NCBI RefSeq assembly: GCF_000016745.1
Contig: NC_009483.1
Location: 4,020,001-4,052,000 of the forward strand
Direction: 5' to 3'
Length of the DNA stretch: 32,000 nt
Source: Geotalea uraniireducens Rf4
GTDB lineage: Bacteria > Desulfobacterota > Desulfuromonadia > Geobacterales > Geobacteraceae
In this document: positions 1 to 7,985 of the stretch, piece by piece
How positions within the stretch are numbered: the stretch's first letter is position 1
How the letters are laid out: each line of letters begins with the position of its first letter
Made by a program: the position numbers and the translations under genes
Notes under the pieces: model-generated
What the model was told of the DNA's origin: nothing
Seen by the model: the letters and a program-made list of their open reading frames with translations, nothing else
Databases searched by the model: none

Positions 1-605
1 TCGTCCTCCAGTTCCTCGATACGCTCCCCCACCCGTTCCAGGACCACGAAATAGTTGTCGACAATGGCGTCCATAAGGGCATAGGCGAGATAGTCGGTCC
101 CCATCTCCCTGATCCTCCCTTTACCGCTCCTGAGACGCTCCCTGATCGGGTTGAAAACGTCCCCCTCCATTCCTTCCTGGAAAGAAATGACGAAGTTGCT
201 CCCGAGAATGAGGCTCACCTGCTCGGTGACGATTCCCCCCCCTTCCTCGTTGCGCAGCATTTTCAGAACAATGTAGAGGTAATCACCGTAATCCTCCACC
301 TTCGGGCGCTGGTCGGTGTTGAGGATGTCCTCCAGAACAAGGGGGTGGAGACCCTGACAATCCCCCACCTGCTGGACGATCTCGATCTCGTGGAGGCCCT
401 CCACGTCGATCCAACTGACGATGGAGGTGTCGGAGTAATAGAAGCACTCCTTAAGGGCCTTGATCTCCTTTTCCTCGCAGCCTCCGGCATGGTAATCCAT
501 GACGGTGATCTTGATTTCCCGGTCGCTCTTCTCGCCGATGTGGACGAGGGTGCCGGGGGGGAGACCGCTCTTGATTGATCTCTTCTTGATATTTTTCGCC
601 ATCAT
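1..605 (-). CDS. corA: Magnesium/cobalt transporter CorA, N-terminal ~200 aa (3' end runs off the left window edge)
   Basis: It is absent from the ORF track because it is open at the window edge. My reverse-complement translation from ATG at 605/602 reads MMAKNIKKRSIKSGLPPGTLVHIGEKSDREIKITVMDY...WIDVEGLHEIEIVQQVGDCQGLHPLVLEDILNTDQRPKVEDYGDYLYIVLKML...FNPIRERLRSGKGRIREMGTDYLAYALMDAIVDNYF, a typical CorA cytoplasmic domain. The listed 75/77-aa ORFs here are out-of-frame artefacts. Confidence 0.85.
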   Translation of the reverse strand, partial: MMAKNIKKRSIKSGLPPGTLVHIGEKSDREIKITVMDYHAGGCEEKEIKALKECFYYSDTSIVSWIDVEGLHEIEIVQQVGDCQGLHPLVLEDILNTDQRPKVEDYGDYLYIVLKMLRNEEGGGIVTEQVSLILGSNFVISFQEGMEGDVFNPIRERLRSGKGRIREMGTDYLAYALMDAIVDNYFVVLERVGERIEELED

Positions 606-627
606 TTACCGCCTGAAAGTAAAGTGG

Positions 628-960
628 CTAAGGCATCTTGAGCAGACGTTCGCTGCGCCAAACGCGGACAATGCGAATCCGGATGTCATCGAGCCGATAA
701 ATTATACGAAAAGGTGGATATACAATCTCTCTCAAATGAGCAACCCCAAACTCAGGCACAATGCGACCGCTTTCAGGGTAGTCGGTAAGTCGTTCCACCT
801 GAGAAACCACTTCTCCCAGCAGTCGTTCGCCCACGTCCGGAACTTGCTGTTCAGCATACCACTCCAGTATTTCTTCAAGATCCTTCACTGCCGATGCAGC
901 GAATGTGATTTGCTGATTCCGCGGCATGGTTTCAACCCAAGCCGAGATGTTTTTTGACAT
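628..960 (-). CDS. Type II toxin, ParE/RelE superfamily
   Basis: The 110-aa ORF contains ...AVKDLEEILEWY...GERLLGEVVSQVERLTDYPESGRIVPEFG...LREIVYPPFRIIYRLDD.IRIVRVWRSER, the ParE-type pattern. It lies immediately downstream of a Phd/YefM antitoxin. A more likely start is ATG at 927 (MPRNQQITF...), 4 nt after the antitoxin stop. Confidence 0.8.
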   Translation of the reverse strand: MSKNISAWVETMPRNQQITFAASAVKDLEEILEWYAEQQVPDVGERLLGEVVSQVERLTDYPESGRIVPEFGVAHLREIVYPPFRIIYRLDDIRIRIVRVWRSERLLKMP

Positions 961-1207
961 CTGAAAGCTTCATTTCCCGCCCCTCTTCCAGGTCCATCAA
1001 GCCCTGGACTACGCCACGCAGGAACGCCCGCTCTTCAACTTCCGTCTCGTAATCCTTAAGTGACTGGACAACGGCAACGCCTCGCCCCCTGTTGGTCAGG
1101 AGCACCGGTCTATGAGTCTTATCGACCTGATTGACAACTCGACCGGGATTAACCTTCATATCGCTTAACGGGACGATATCTTCGGAAAACTTGGTAGATG
1201 TTTGCAT
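932..1207 (-). CDS. Type II antitoxin, Phd/YefM family
   Basis: The 91-aa ORF contains ...VPLSDMKVNPGRVVNQVDKTHRPVLLTNRGRGVAVVQSLKDYE, a Phd/YefM N-terminal fold signature. It forms an operon with the ParE-like gene. Confidence 0.8.
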   Translation of the reverse strand: MQTSTKFSEDIVPLSDMKVNPGRVVNQVDKTHRPVLLTNRGRGVAVVQSLKDYETEVEERAFLRGVVQGLMDLEEGREMKLSDVKKHLGLG

Positions 1208-1220
1208 AGCTTCTCCTTAA

Positions 1221-1251
1221 CAGTGCCTTTTATAGCACCAATGATAGCACC
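1221..1251 (-). promoter_or_regulatory. Putative operator/promoter of the Phd-ParE operon
   Basis: Two direct copies of ATAGCACC (1232-1239 and 1244-1251, 12 bp apart) and a GTGC..GCAC inverted pair lie just upstream of the antitoxin start. The TATAAA-like sequence on the minus strand overlaps them. Type II TA operons are typically autoregulated at such repeats. Confidence 0.35.
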
Positions 1252-1294
1252 CGTTAAAAGGTCTGGCAAGTGATCAATGTCGCCCTCAATTCTA

Positions 1295-2971
1295 CTATAA
1301 TCCGGTTATCTCGCGATCCTTGGGGTACTCCACCAGAATGCCGAAGGTCAGATCCTTCTTCTCACCCGCTTTGAGCGGAATTTTCCAGGTGACCTTGCCG
1401 TCGGTCCCGAACTCATCCGGCTTGATGGACGGGTCATCCAGGGAGACCTTTATCTCTTCGTCACCCGCCAGCGGCAACTGGTCGCGAAGGATGACAGTCA
1501 CCGGCTCCTTGCGGAAATTGACCAGTTCGATGCGGTAACGGTAGCTGACGCGGCTGTTGCCGAACATTCCGGCTTCCTTGTGCTGTTTCAGCTCTTCGCG
1601 CTTGACCGTCACCTGATCGTCCGTACCGAAGAAGAGGTCGAACTTCTCTCCGACGGCGACCTTCTTCAATTGCGAGCTGCCGGTGTAGGTGTTGCCGGTA
1701 AAGGTGTTGACCTTGCCCGGCAGGAGCGGGTAGGCGGCCCGGTTGACGATCTCGGACTTGAGAAACACATATGGCGAGAGTTTCGGAATCGCCATGAACT
1801 CCAAGCTGACCGGCAGTTGTTCGATGGCAACGACGCTGCCGTGCTGTGTGCCGTCGGAAGGGACATCAAGCGGACGTGGAATGTGAAAGGCAACGGAGGA
1901 TTGCTCTTCACTCATCTGGGCAGTCTCAAACTCAGCAGGCGCCTCTTCGGCACGTTTATCTTCTACCAGACCACTGTCTGTGTATATCCGACGTCCCTTT
2001 TTCGCTATAAAACCCACGACCGGTGCAGCTGGGGCAGCTTCATACACCCTCTGCGCCTCCAATAGCGGCTGCGGGCGTAAAAATGATATGCGCCAGGGGA
2101 ACAATTCCGGGGGAGCGCCGCCGGCAGCGGGCCGGGCGGTGGAAAGGGTCAGGTCCACATTGTTCCAGTCCTCGCCGGTCTGCTGGCGCACCATAGCCCG
2201 GAAGGTCAACTCGGCAGTTTTGGCGTCTGCGGCCAGACGGACATCATAGGAGGGGACCCAGCCTGCCTGTGGAATAACCGTAGCAAGGTCGAGCGTCAGG
2301 TTTCCCTCACGGGCCACATCCAGCATCACCTCTACGATTTTGGTTTCTTTCCGGCGCGAACCTGTCGATTCATCCCGCTGGCGGCGCAGGGCATCGATCT
2401 TGTCCCGGATGCTCTTCTTTTCCGTCTCGATCGCAAGGTTCTGTTCCTCAATCCTGGTGACACCCGTGCCGACAAAGCCGGCGGCGTCCTGCAGTTCCGC
2501 CGCAGTGGGGCGGCCGATTGCCAGTTCCTTGGAGATGCGGTCTCCCCAGGCGACACGGATCGATTGAAGAAACGCTCCCTGTGAAGACAGGCCGGCCTTT
2601 TTGGCGTCCAGCGCACCGGAACGTTGCTCCAGAGCGCGGATTTCCTCGTCAAGCTCCTTCACCCGCGTCTCGCCGCTCTGCTCAAGAAAGGCCCGTTTGA
2701 CCTCCAGTCCCACGATTGTCGCCCCGGCGCTCCCCTTGCCTTCCACCCGTACCGAATCGTCCTGAATCAGCGTGGGAAGGCTGTCGAAAGTGATCAGATA
2801 ATTGCCGGGCTTGAGGTTGTGAGAAGCAGTGCGCAAGGTCAGGGCGCGGTCGGGAAACACAGTTACGGCGGTAATGCGGGAGGCGGCCGGTATCCGTTTC
2901 AGATCAGCGGAAAAGGTGAGTGTCGGCGCCAGCAGGAGAATCAGAAACAGAAAGTATCGCAGGTTCTTCAT
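1295..2971 (-). CDS. Secreted DUF4139/DUF4140 (mucoidy inhibitor MuiA-like) family protein
   Basis: The signal peptide is MKNLRYFLFLILLLAPTLTFSA. The N-terminal ...VTVFPDRALTLRTASHNLKPGNYLITFDSLP..IQDDSVRVEG, a central coiled-coil and the C-terminal ...YRYRIELVNFRKEPVTVILRDQLP match the pattern I recall for the MuiA/TIGR02231 family. I moved the start to ATG 2971 because AAGGAG lies 7 nt upstream; the track start at 2989 is a TTG. Confidence 0.75.
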   Translation of the reverse strand: MKNLRYFLFLILLLAPTLTFSADLKRIPAASRITAVTVFPDRALTLRTASHNLKPGNYLITFDSLPTLIQDDSVRVEGKGSAGATIVGLEVKRAFLEQSGETRVKELDEEIRALEQRSGALDAKKAGLSSQGAFLQSIRVAWGDRISKELAIGRPTAAELQDAAGFVGTGVTRIEEQNLAIETEKKSIRDKIDALRRQRDESTGSRRKETKIVEVMLDVAREGNLTLDLATVIPQAGWVPSYDVRLAADAKTAELTFRAMVRQQTGEDWNNVDLTLSTARPAAGGAPPELFPWRISFLRPQPLLEAQRVYEAAPAAPVVGFIAKKGRRIYTDSGLVEDKRAEEAPAEFETAQMSEEQSSVAFHIPRPLDVPSDGTQHGSVVAIEQLPVSLEFMAIPKLSPYVFLKSEIVNRAAYPLLPGKVNTFTGNTYTGSSQLKKVAVGEKFDLFFGTDDQVTVKREELKQHKEAGMFGNSRVSYRYRIELVNFRKEPVTVILRDQLPLAGDEEIKVSLDDPSIKPDEFGTDGKVTWKIPLKAGEKKDLTFGILVEYPKDREITGL

Positions 2972-3058
2972 CGATATGCTCCTTATCAAACGTGATATGG
3001 ATTATTCCTTTTTTATCACGGCAAGGGCCAATATAGTTCCAGTTCATGCTATTCCTCT

Positions 3059-3349
3059 TTACTTCATTCCCCCAGCTCGTCGATGGCGTTGTTTGTGCTG
3101 CTGTTGTTCCATGACAGCACGGAGAAGCTTATTAGCCCTTGTCTGGTAGCCTCTTCCTTCCTTTTTCAGCCAGTCGATAACATCAGCATCAAGGCGAATA
3201 GCAATGAGCTTTTTCGCTGGAGGTAATACAAGTGCTTTTTCAAAAAACTCGTCACCCAGTTCAGGTATATCCGAATAATCAATATCCTCGTCCTTAATGG
3301 CGTCGAGTCTCTTCAAGTCGCTTTTTATAGATTTCTTTTTCTCTTTCAT
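3059..3349 (-). CDS. brnA: BrnA-family antitoxin (type II TA)
   Basis: The 96-aa ORF contains ...DEDIDYSDIPELGDEFF...KKLIAIRLDADVIDWLKKEGRGYQTRANKLLRAVME, the characteristic BrnA (COG3514) motif set. Confidence 0.8.
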   Translation of the reverse strand: MKEKKKSIKSDLKRLDAIKDEDIDYSDIPELGDEFFEKALVLPPAKKLIAIRLDADVIDWLKKEGRGYQTRANKLLRAVMEQQQHKQRHRRAGGMK

Positions 3350-3434
3350 TGGCTTTCCTCATTGATATGATTCGCGTTGCACTGCTGCGGCGGGTGTAGA
3401 TTAGGACGACCACACGACCCCTCCCCCTCACGGT
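3294..3434 (-). pseudogene. brnT: Remnant of BrnT toxin (C-terminal ~46 codons only)
   Basis: My translation of the minus strand gives TVRGRGRVVVLIYTRRSSATRIISMRKANEREKEIYKKRLEETRRH*, which resembles the BrnT C-terminus (..VVVYT....IRIISARKA.K.E...Y). It overlaps the brnA start as in intact brnTA operons. A TAG at 3435-3437 closes the frame upstream, and the N-terminal part cannot fit before the next gene at 3535. Confidence 0.45.
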
Positions 3435-3534
3435 CTACTTGGATATTAATACCGGATTTTGTCTTATTGTGGGCTGGATAATACGGTTTTTATGAAGGGA
3501 TTTCAATAGAGATTGTGATTGGATGGGGTGTATT

Positions 3535-3939
3535 CTACTTACTCTCTTGAAAACCACTCGGAGGTGAGGTGTTCGTTCCTGCAGGGGAAACAACGATTAT
3601 TTTCTTCACATCGACCTCGGGAGAGGACATAAATTCCTTGTCGATTTCACCTGTTATTTCAACAAGTGTAGTAGGGTTTATGGGGGTTCCGTAAGGAAAA
3701 TACTTGTCGTCTACATCTATTGTGATTTGACCGGTACTATCAGCAAAAATATACTTGTCGTGGGATATTTTCTTGAGAATATGCCCCCTCAATGTAACCC
3801 ACATATCATCCACAGGGTTTTGTAATACTGCTTTTACGCTCGTTGGGTTTGTATGTTCAGTGCTTACGAATTGCCCAACCGAAGGGACTGCCGTTCCGAT
3901 TACAACAAGAAGCGCCATGACAAATAAACATTTACGCAT
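3535..3939 (-). CDS. Periplasmic OB-fold stress protein, YgiW/YdeI (BOF) family
   Basis: It has a signal peptide (MRKCLFVMALLVVIGTAVPSVG). It then reads ...SVKAVLQNPVDDMWVTLRGHILKKISHDKYIFADSTGQITIDVDDKYF...VEITGEIDKEF...EVDVKKI, the YgiW pattern. Confidence 0.8.
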   Translation of the reverse strand: MRKCLFVMALLVVIGTAVPSVGQFVSTEHTNPTSVKAVLQNPVDDMWVTLRGHILKKISHDKYIFADSTGQITIDVDDKYFPYGTPINPTTLVEITGEIDKEFMSSPEVDVKKIIVVSPAGTNTSPPSGFQESK

Positions 3940-4097
3940 GAAATCCTCCTTTCATATTTTTTCTTAAAACTCTCAAGACCATGGTTGCGTCTTCGGCCCT
4001 CTCAGGACCAACCCACAGGCTGGATTCCAGCGAGCATAAGGACCGTTGGGGCAATATCGATCAACCTTGCGGGCTCGGCCTGGAGTTGGCGCCGGGG

Positions 4098-5156
4098 CTA
4101 CCGGCGCGCCCCGACGAAGGATACCCGCCGCAGCCAGGCCTCTGTCGGGAAGGCTTGCTCCGTCCAGGTAGCCCCGCCATCCGTGGTGTGCAGGATGATG
4201 CCCCGGTTTTCGGTGCCCCCGCCGACCACCCACGCCTGCCGCTCATCTGTCGCGGTCACGCCCAACAGGTAGAAGCCGGTCCGGGGCACGGTCTGCTTGG
4301 TCCAGGTTGCGCCGCCATCGGTGGTCTTGTGAATGCCGTCGAAATCGGTAACCACCCAGACGGTGGACGAGTTCACCGCGCAGACACCGTTGGCGTCGCC
4401 GGGATCGAGGGATATGACCTGGGTCCAGGTGCTGCCGTCGAGGGTGCGACAGACGACTTGGCCGGGGGGGTTGAGGGGTGTGCCGCCTACAGCCCAGGCG
4501 GAAATGGGACTGAGGGCGCTAACGTCAATCAGGTGGTCGGAGAAGATGCCCGGCCCGCCCTGCCGCGTCCAGTGGGCGCCCCGGTCGGTACTGTACTCCA
4601 CCACCGGATAGTCGGTGCCGCCTTTGTCGCCGACGACCCAGACCGCCCCGGAACCGACCGCGTCCAGCCGCTGGAAGTTCGATGGAGGAATAGCCGGGGT
4701 GTTCTGCTTCACCCAGGTCCGGCCGGCGTCGGTGGTGTGCAGGATAACGCCGCCGGAGCCGCAGGCCCAAGCCTCGCTGGGGCTGACGGCCTTGATGCCG
4801 GACAACTCCTTCCCCGCATCGGGGGGAACCGTCTGCCGGTTCCAGGTGCGTCCGCCGTCGCTCGTGTACAGGATCACGCCGAGGTTCTCCGCGCCACCCA
4901 CTGCCCAGGCGGTGAGGTTGTCCACTGCCGTGACGTCATCAATCTCCACGTTGGGAATCTCCGCGGGCGAGCCTTGCCGCACCCAGGTCCGGCCGCCGTC
5001 GGTGGTGTGCAGGATCACGCCGTAGCCGGCATCCGGCTTGCCCACCGCCCACCCTACCGGCCCTCCCGACCACGAGTCGTTGCCGCCGCACCCCGCGGCC
5101 AGCAGGCTCAGCCCCACCACCACAGTTGCCATCGCTCCATAGACTAACGCACGCAT
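4098..5156 (-). CDS. Lipoprotein with 7-bladed BNR/Asp-box (Ycf48-like) beta-propeller
   Basis: I set the start at ATG 5156, which has GGTGGAGGA 7 nt upstream. The lipobox is LSLLAAGC. There are seven Asp-box repeats: HTTDGGRTW, YTSDGGRTW, HTTDAGRTW, YSTDRGAHW, RTLDGSTW, KTTDGGATW and HTTDGGATW. It is the last gene of the cytochrome cluster, 46 nt after the preceding stop. Confidence 0.8.
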   Translation of the reverse strand: MRALVYGAMATVVVGLSLLAAGCGGNDSWSGGPVGWAVGKPDAGYGVILHTTDGGRTWVRQGSPAEIPNVEIDDVTAVDNLTAWAVGGAENLGVILYTSDGGRTWNRQTVPPDAGKELSGIKAVSPSEAWACGSGGVILHTTDAGRTWVKQNTPAIPPSNFQRLDAVGSGAVWVVGDKGGTDYPVVEYSTDRGAHWTRQGGPGIFSDHLIDVSALSPISAWAVGGTPLNPPGQVVCRTLDGSTWTQVISLDPGDANGVCAVNSSTVWVVTDFDGIHKTTDGGATWTKQTVPRTGFYLLGVTATDERQAWVVGGGTENRGIILHTTDGGATWTEQAFPTEAWLRRVSFVGARR

Positions 5157-5202
5157 CTTCGCATCCTCCACCTGACAGATAAACCCGGGTTCCGAACCAC
5201 CA

Positions 5203-7908
5203 TCACCACGAATAGTTGCTATGATTCTCACCGCCGCAGCTGCCGTTGCAGGTGCCGTGACCGTCCCCTTTTCCCGAACGGGTGTAGGTAAAGCCGCTGG
5301 GCATTTGTATAATCACGTTCGCATCGTTGTGCAGCGTCCTGTTGCTCGGCCCGTGAGTGGATTGCCCGTGGCCTGCTGTACCGTGGCAGCTGGTGCATGC
5401 GATGCTGCCATGATGATCGGTGTGCAGGCCGCCCACGTCAGGGAAAGTGGTGCCGATTGGCCGGCCGGCGTTCGTGCTGCTGCCGTGGCAGGAATAGCAG
5501 CCGGTCGTCGGGCTCCCTTTCGGTGCAGCTTTGGTGTGGCATCCCTGGCAGTCGGGCGGCGTACCGGCAGTCGGAGGATAGGGGTAGCCGGTCGTTTTGC
5601 CGTTGGTGTGGCAGCCGCTCGTCACGCAGCCTGAGAATGGAGAAGCTCCTGCCGCCGACATGTGCGCTGCTCCGGTATAGGGGAAGCTGTGGCCGCCGCT
5701 CGGCTTGAATGCGTCGATGGTCGAACTTCCCGTATGGCTGTGGCAGCTGGTGCAGCGAATGCCGGCGTTGTGCCCGTCGCCGCTCGTCTGGGTATAGTGG
5801 TTGGTCGTGGTATGACAGGCGTTGCAGATGCCGTTGAAGGGGGCCGCGCTCTTCGCATAGTCGGTGCCCGTCGGGGTCGCCGACAGCGTGAAGGTTACGC
5901 TCTGGGAGCTCTGGGTCGTCGGGGCTCCCGTGGCCGCATCGGAAGCCACCGCCACCAGAGAGCGTACCATGAACCGGTTGGCATTGCCGGTGCCGTGCGG
6001 TTCGTGGCAGTCCCAGCAGTATCGACCACCGGAAAGGGTGCTGGTGTGTTTTGCGCCAAAGTGGGAGGAGCCGACCTTGCCGGCGCTGGAAGCGTTCCGG
6101 CTCGCTCCGCCGACCGTCACACCCGCAGAGCCCGCGGCGTGGCAGAGCATGCAGGCGCCGTTTTTACCCCAGGAGGCGTCCGCCAGGTTGCGCAGACGGA
6201 ACGGGTTGGTGGAAACATTATGGGCTATGGTCGAGTCGTGGCACCATTCGCAGTAGCTGGCGACGCCGGTGAAGTTGGCCGGCGGGTTGCCGGAGCCGGG
6301 ATAGTTGCCGGACGCGGTCGGACGGCCGTGACCGTTGTCCGCCCACGACCCGGTGCCGGTCATCTTGAACTTGGAGATGGCGCCGTTGTTCCAGAAGGTG
6401 GCGCCGAAATCGGACACCGAGGCGCTTGCCGCGTTGCCGTGGCAATCCTGGCAGTAGACGGCTGTTGTGCCCCACAGGACTGGATTGCCGCCGTGGCAGG
6501 AAGTGGCCGAACAGCTCTTGGTCCCGGCGGCCCAGGTGGCGCCGCTCCCCGCCTTGGCGCTGTTGAAGGTCACGTCGATGGCGCCGTTGTTATGGAGTAC
6601 CGAGCCTGCCGCGATGGCCGCGCCGGTGCTGGTCGTGCCGTTGTGGCAGGTGGCGCAGTCGGCGGCTGACGTCACATGCTTGGGATGGCTGTTGGCCAGG
6701 ACTGCGGCAGCGCCGGCATTTGCGTAGTCGGGCGCGCCGGTTGTGGTGGAAGCGCCGTGGCAGCCGTTGCACCCAATGGCGGCGCCGGTCCAGGCGGGCG
6801 CGACTGGTTGCGGGGCGGTCGCTTTGCCTGCGCTATGACAGGTGGTGGCTGAACAGGTCTTGGTCCCGGCGTTATAGGTCCCGCCGCCGACAAATGCCAC
6901 TGTTTTGCTTCCATCCACGTGGCTGGCAATCCCGGTGATCAACCGGTCGTTCCCCACGCTGACGGTGCTGCTGTGGCAGCGGGCGCACTCCAGGTTGGTG
7001 CCGAGGAAGGCAGTCTGGTTGATGTGCTTGGGGTGCAGGCCGCTGGCAATGACCGTGGCCGCCGAGGCGTTCCCGCCATGGCAGCCGGAGCAGTCCGCAG
7101 GGAGCGTGCTCCCCCAGACCGCGGCGGTTTTGGGTGCGCCGCCGATGCCGTCGCTGTGGCAGTACAGGGACGAACAGGTCCCGTTGCGGAGCGGATTCCG
7201 GCTCGGCAGGTAGCCGGGATATGTCACGTTGCCCGAATAGCTGCCGCCGCTGTTGGGTGGGGCGCCGAATACGATGATGAGACCCCTTTTACCAACGCTG
7301 GTGGCGTGGGCGAAGGGCTTGGCTTCCGCTGTGTGGTCCGCATGGCATTTTATGCAGGAGCCTGCGCCGGTCCCGTAATAGTCGCCATGCTTCTTGCCCG
7401 GCCCGCTCAGGGACGGATGGTTGCCGTCGCCCGGAGGGGCGCTGTGGCAGGTGCTGCACCCGGCAGGGGACGTGAGCGGCGCTGACGCCCACGGAGTGGT
7501 AACCGCTTCGAAGTGGCAGTTGACCTTGGAACAGGTTCCCATCACGGGAACGGAAGTCTGGTTGAAGAACACCCCTTTGCTGTAGGTGGCTGTGGCAGGC
7601 GAGTTGTAGATGTTGGAAGACAGCTCGATCACGCCGTTCATGTGGTCCTCGGTGTAGGTGCGGCTCCCGGTGTGACAGATCTCGCAGTTGGAAGGCAGGG
7701 CAACTGCCGGCTGGTGGGTTCTATGGCTCCCTCTGAAACCGCCGGTGGTGATGTTGCGGTAGAGCGCATCGATGGGGGGCATGCCGTGACAGTCGGAGCA
7801 GGTGGAAGCCGCCTCAACCGGGGCCGAGGCAACCAGCAAAACTCCCAGGACAAAGAAGATCGTCAAAACAGGTCTCTGCACATATCCCATGCCGTATGCC
7901 GCTCTCAT
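5203..7908 (-). CDS. Secreted multiheme c-type cytochrome, 901 aa (hand count 17 CXXCH + 5 CX4CH)
   Basis: AAGGAG lies 6 nt upstream of ATG 7908. The signal peptide is ...VLGVLLVASAPVEAAS. It carries dense CXXCH and CxxxxCH motifs of the Geobacter CxxxxCH...CXXCH repeat type (TIGR01904, from memory). Its N-terminal 478 aa are nearly identical to the next gene. Confidence 0.9.
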   Translation of the reverse strand: MRAAYGMGYVQRPVLTIFFVLGVLLVASAPVEAASTCSDCHGMPPIDALYRNITTGGFRGSHRTHQPAVALPSNCEICHTGSRTYTEDHMNGVIELSSNIYNSPATATYSKGVFFNQTSVPVMGTCSKVNCHFEAVTTPWASAPLTSPAGCSTCHSAPPGDGNHPSLSGPGKKHGDYYGTGAGSCIKCHADHTAEAKPFAHATSVGKRGLIIVFGAPPNSGGSYSGNVTYPGYLPSRNPLRNGTCSSLYCHSDGIGGAPKTAAVWGSTLPADCSGCHGGNASAATVIASGLHPKHINQTAFLGTNLECARCHSSTVSVGNDRLITGIASHVDGSKTVAFVGGGTYNAGTKTCSATTCHSAGKATAPQPVAPAWTGAAIGCNGCHGASTTTGAPDYANAGAAAVLANSHPKHVTSAADCATCHNGTTSTGAAIAAGSVLHNNGAIDVTFNSAKAGSGATWAAGTKSCSATSCHGGNPVLWGTTAVYCQDCHGNAASASVSDFGATFWNNGAISKFKMTGTGSWADNGHGRPTASGNYPGSGNPPANFTGVASYCEWCHDSTIAHNVSTNPFRLRNLADASWGKNGACMLCHAAGSAGVTVGGASRNASSAGKVGSSHFGAKHTSTLSGGRYCWDCHEPHGTGNANRFMVRSLVAVASDAATGAPTTQSSQSVTFTLSATPTGTDYAKSAAPFNGICNACHTTTNHYTQTSGDGHNAGIRCTSCHSHTGSSTIDAFKPSGGHSFPYTGAAHMSAAGASPFSGCVTSGCHTNGKTTGYPYPPTAGTPPDCQGCHTKAAPKGSPTTGCYSCHGSSTNAGRPIGTTFPDVGGLHTDHHGSIACTSCHGTAGHGQSTHGPSNRTLHNDANVIIQMPSGFTYTRSGKGDGHGTCNGSCGGENHSNYSW
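6503..7332. repeat. 830-bp direct repeat, copy 1 (identical to 10954-11783)
   Basis: Line-by-line comparison at an offset of 4,451 bp shows mismatches only at 6502 and 7333. Spurious ORFs in the track are letter-identical between copies (6590-6772 = 11041-11223; 6672-6929 = 11123-11380; 6905-7213 = 11356-11664). Lower-identity homology extends over 6491-7925. Confidence 0.9.
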
Positions 7909-7932
7909 CTGCGTCTCCTTGCGAATCGGCCC

Positions 7933-7967
7933 GAAGCCGGAAGCAAAAATCCTTTTGTTCCGGCTTC
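7933..7967 (-). other. Intercistronic stem-loop between the 1457-aa and 901-aa cytochrome genes
   Basis: GAAGCCGGAA (7933-7942) pairs with TTCCGGCTTC (7958-7967), a 10-bp perfect stem with a 15-nt loop. No U-tract follows on the minus strand, so it is not a classical terminator. Confidence 0.5.
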
Positions 7968-7985
7968 AGGCGCATTTCTATCCCT

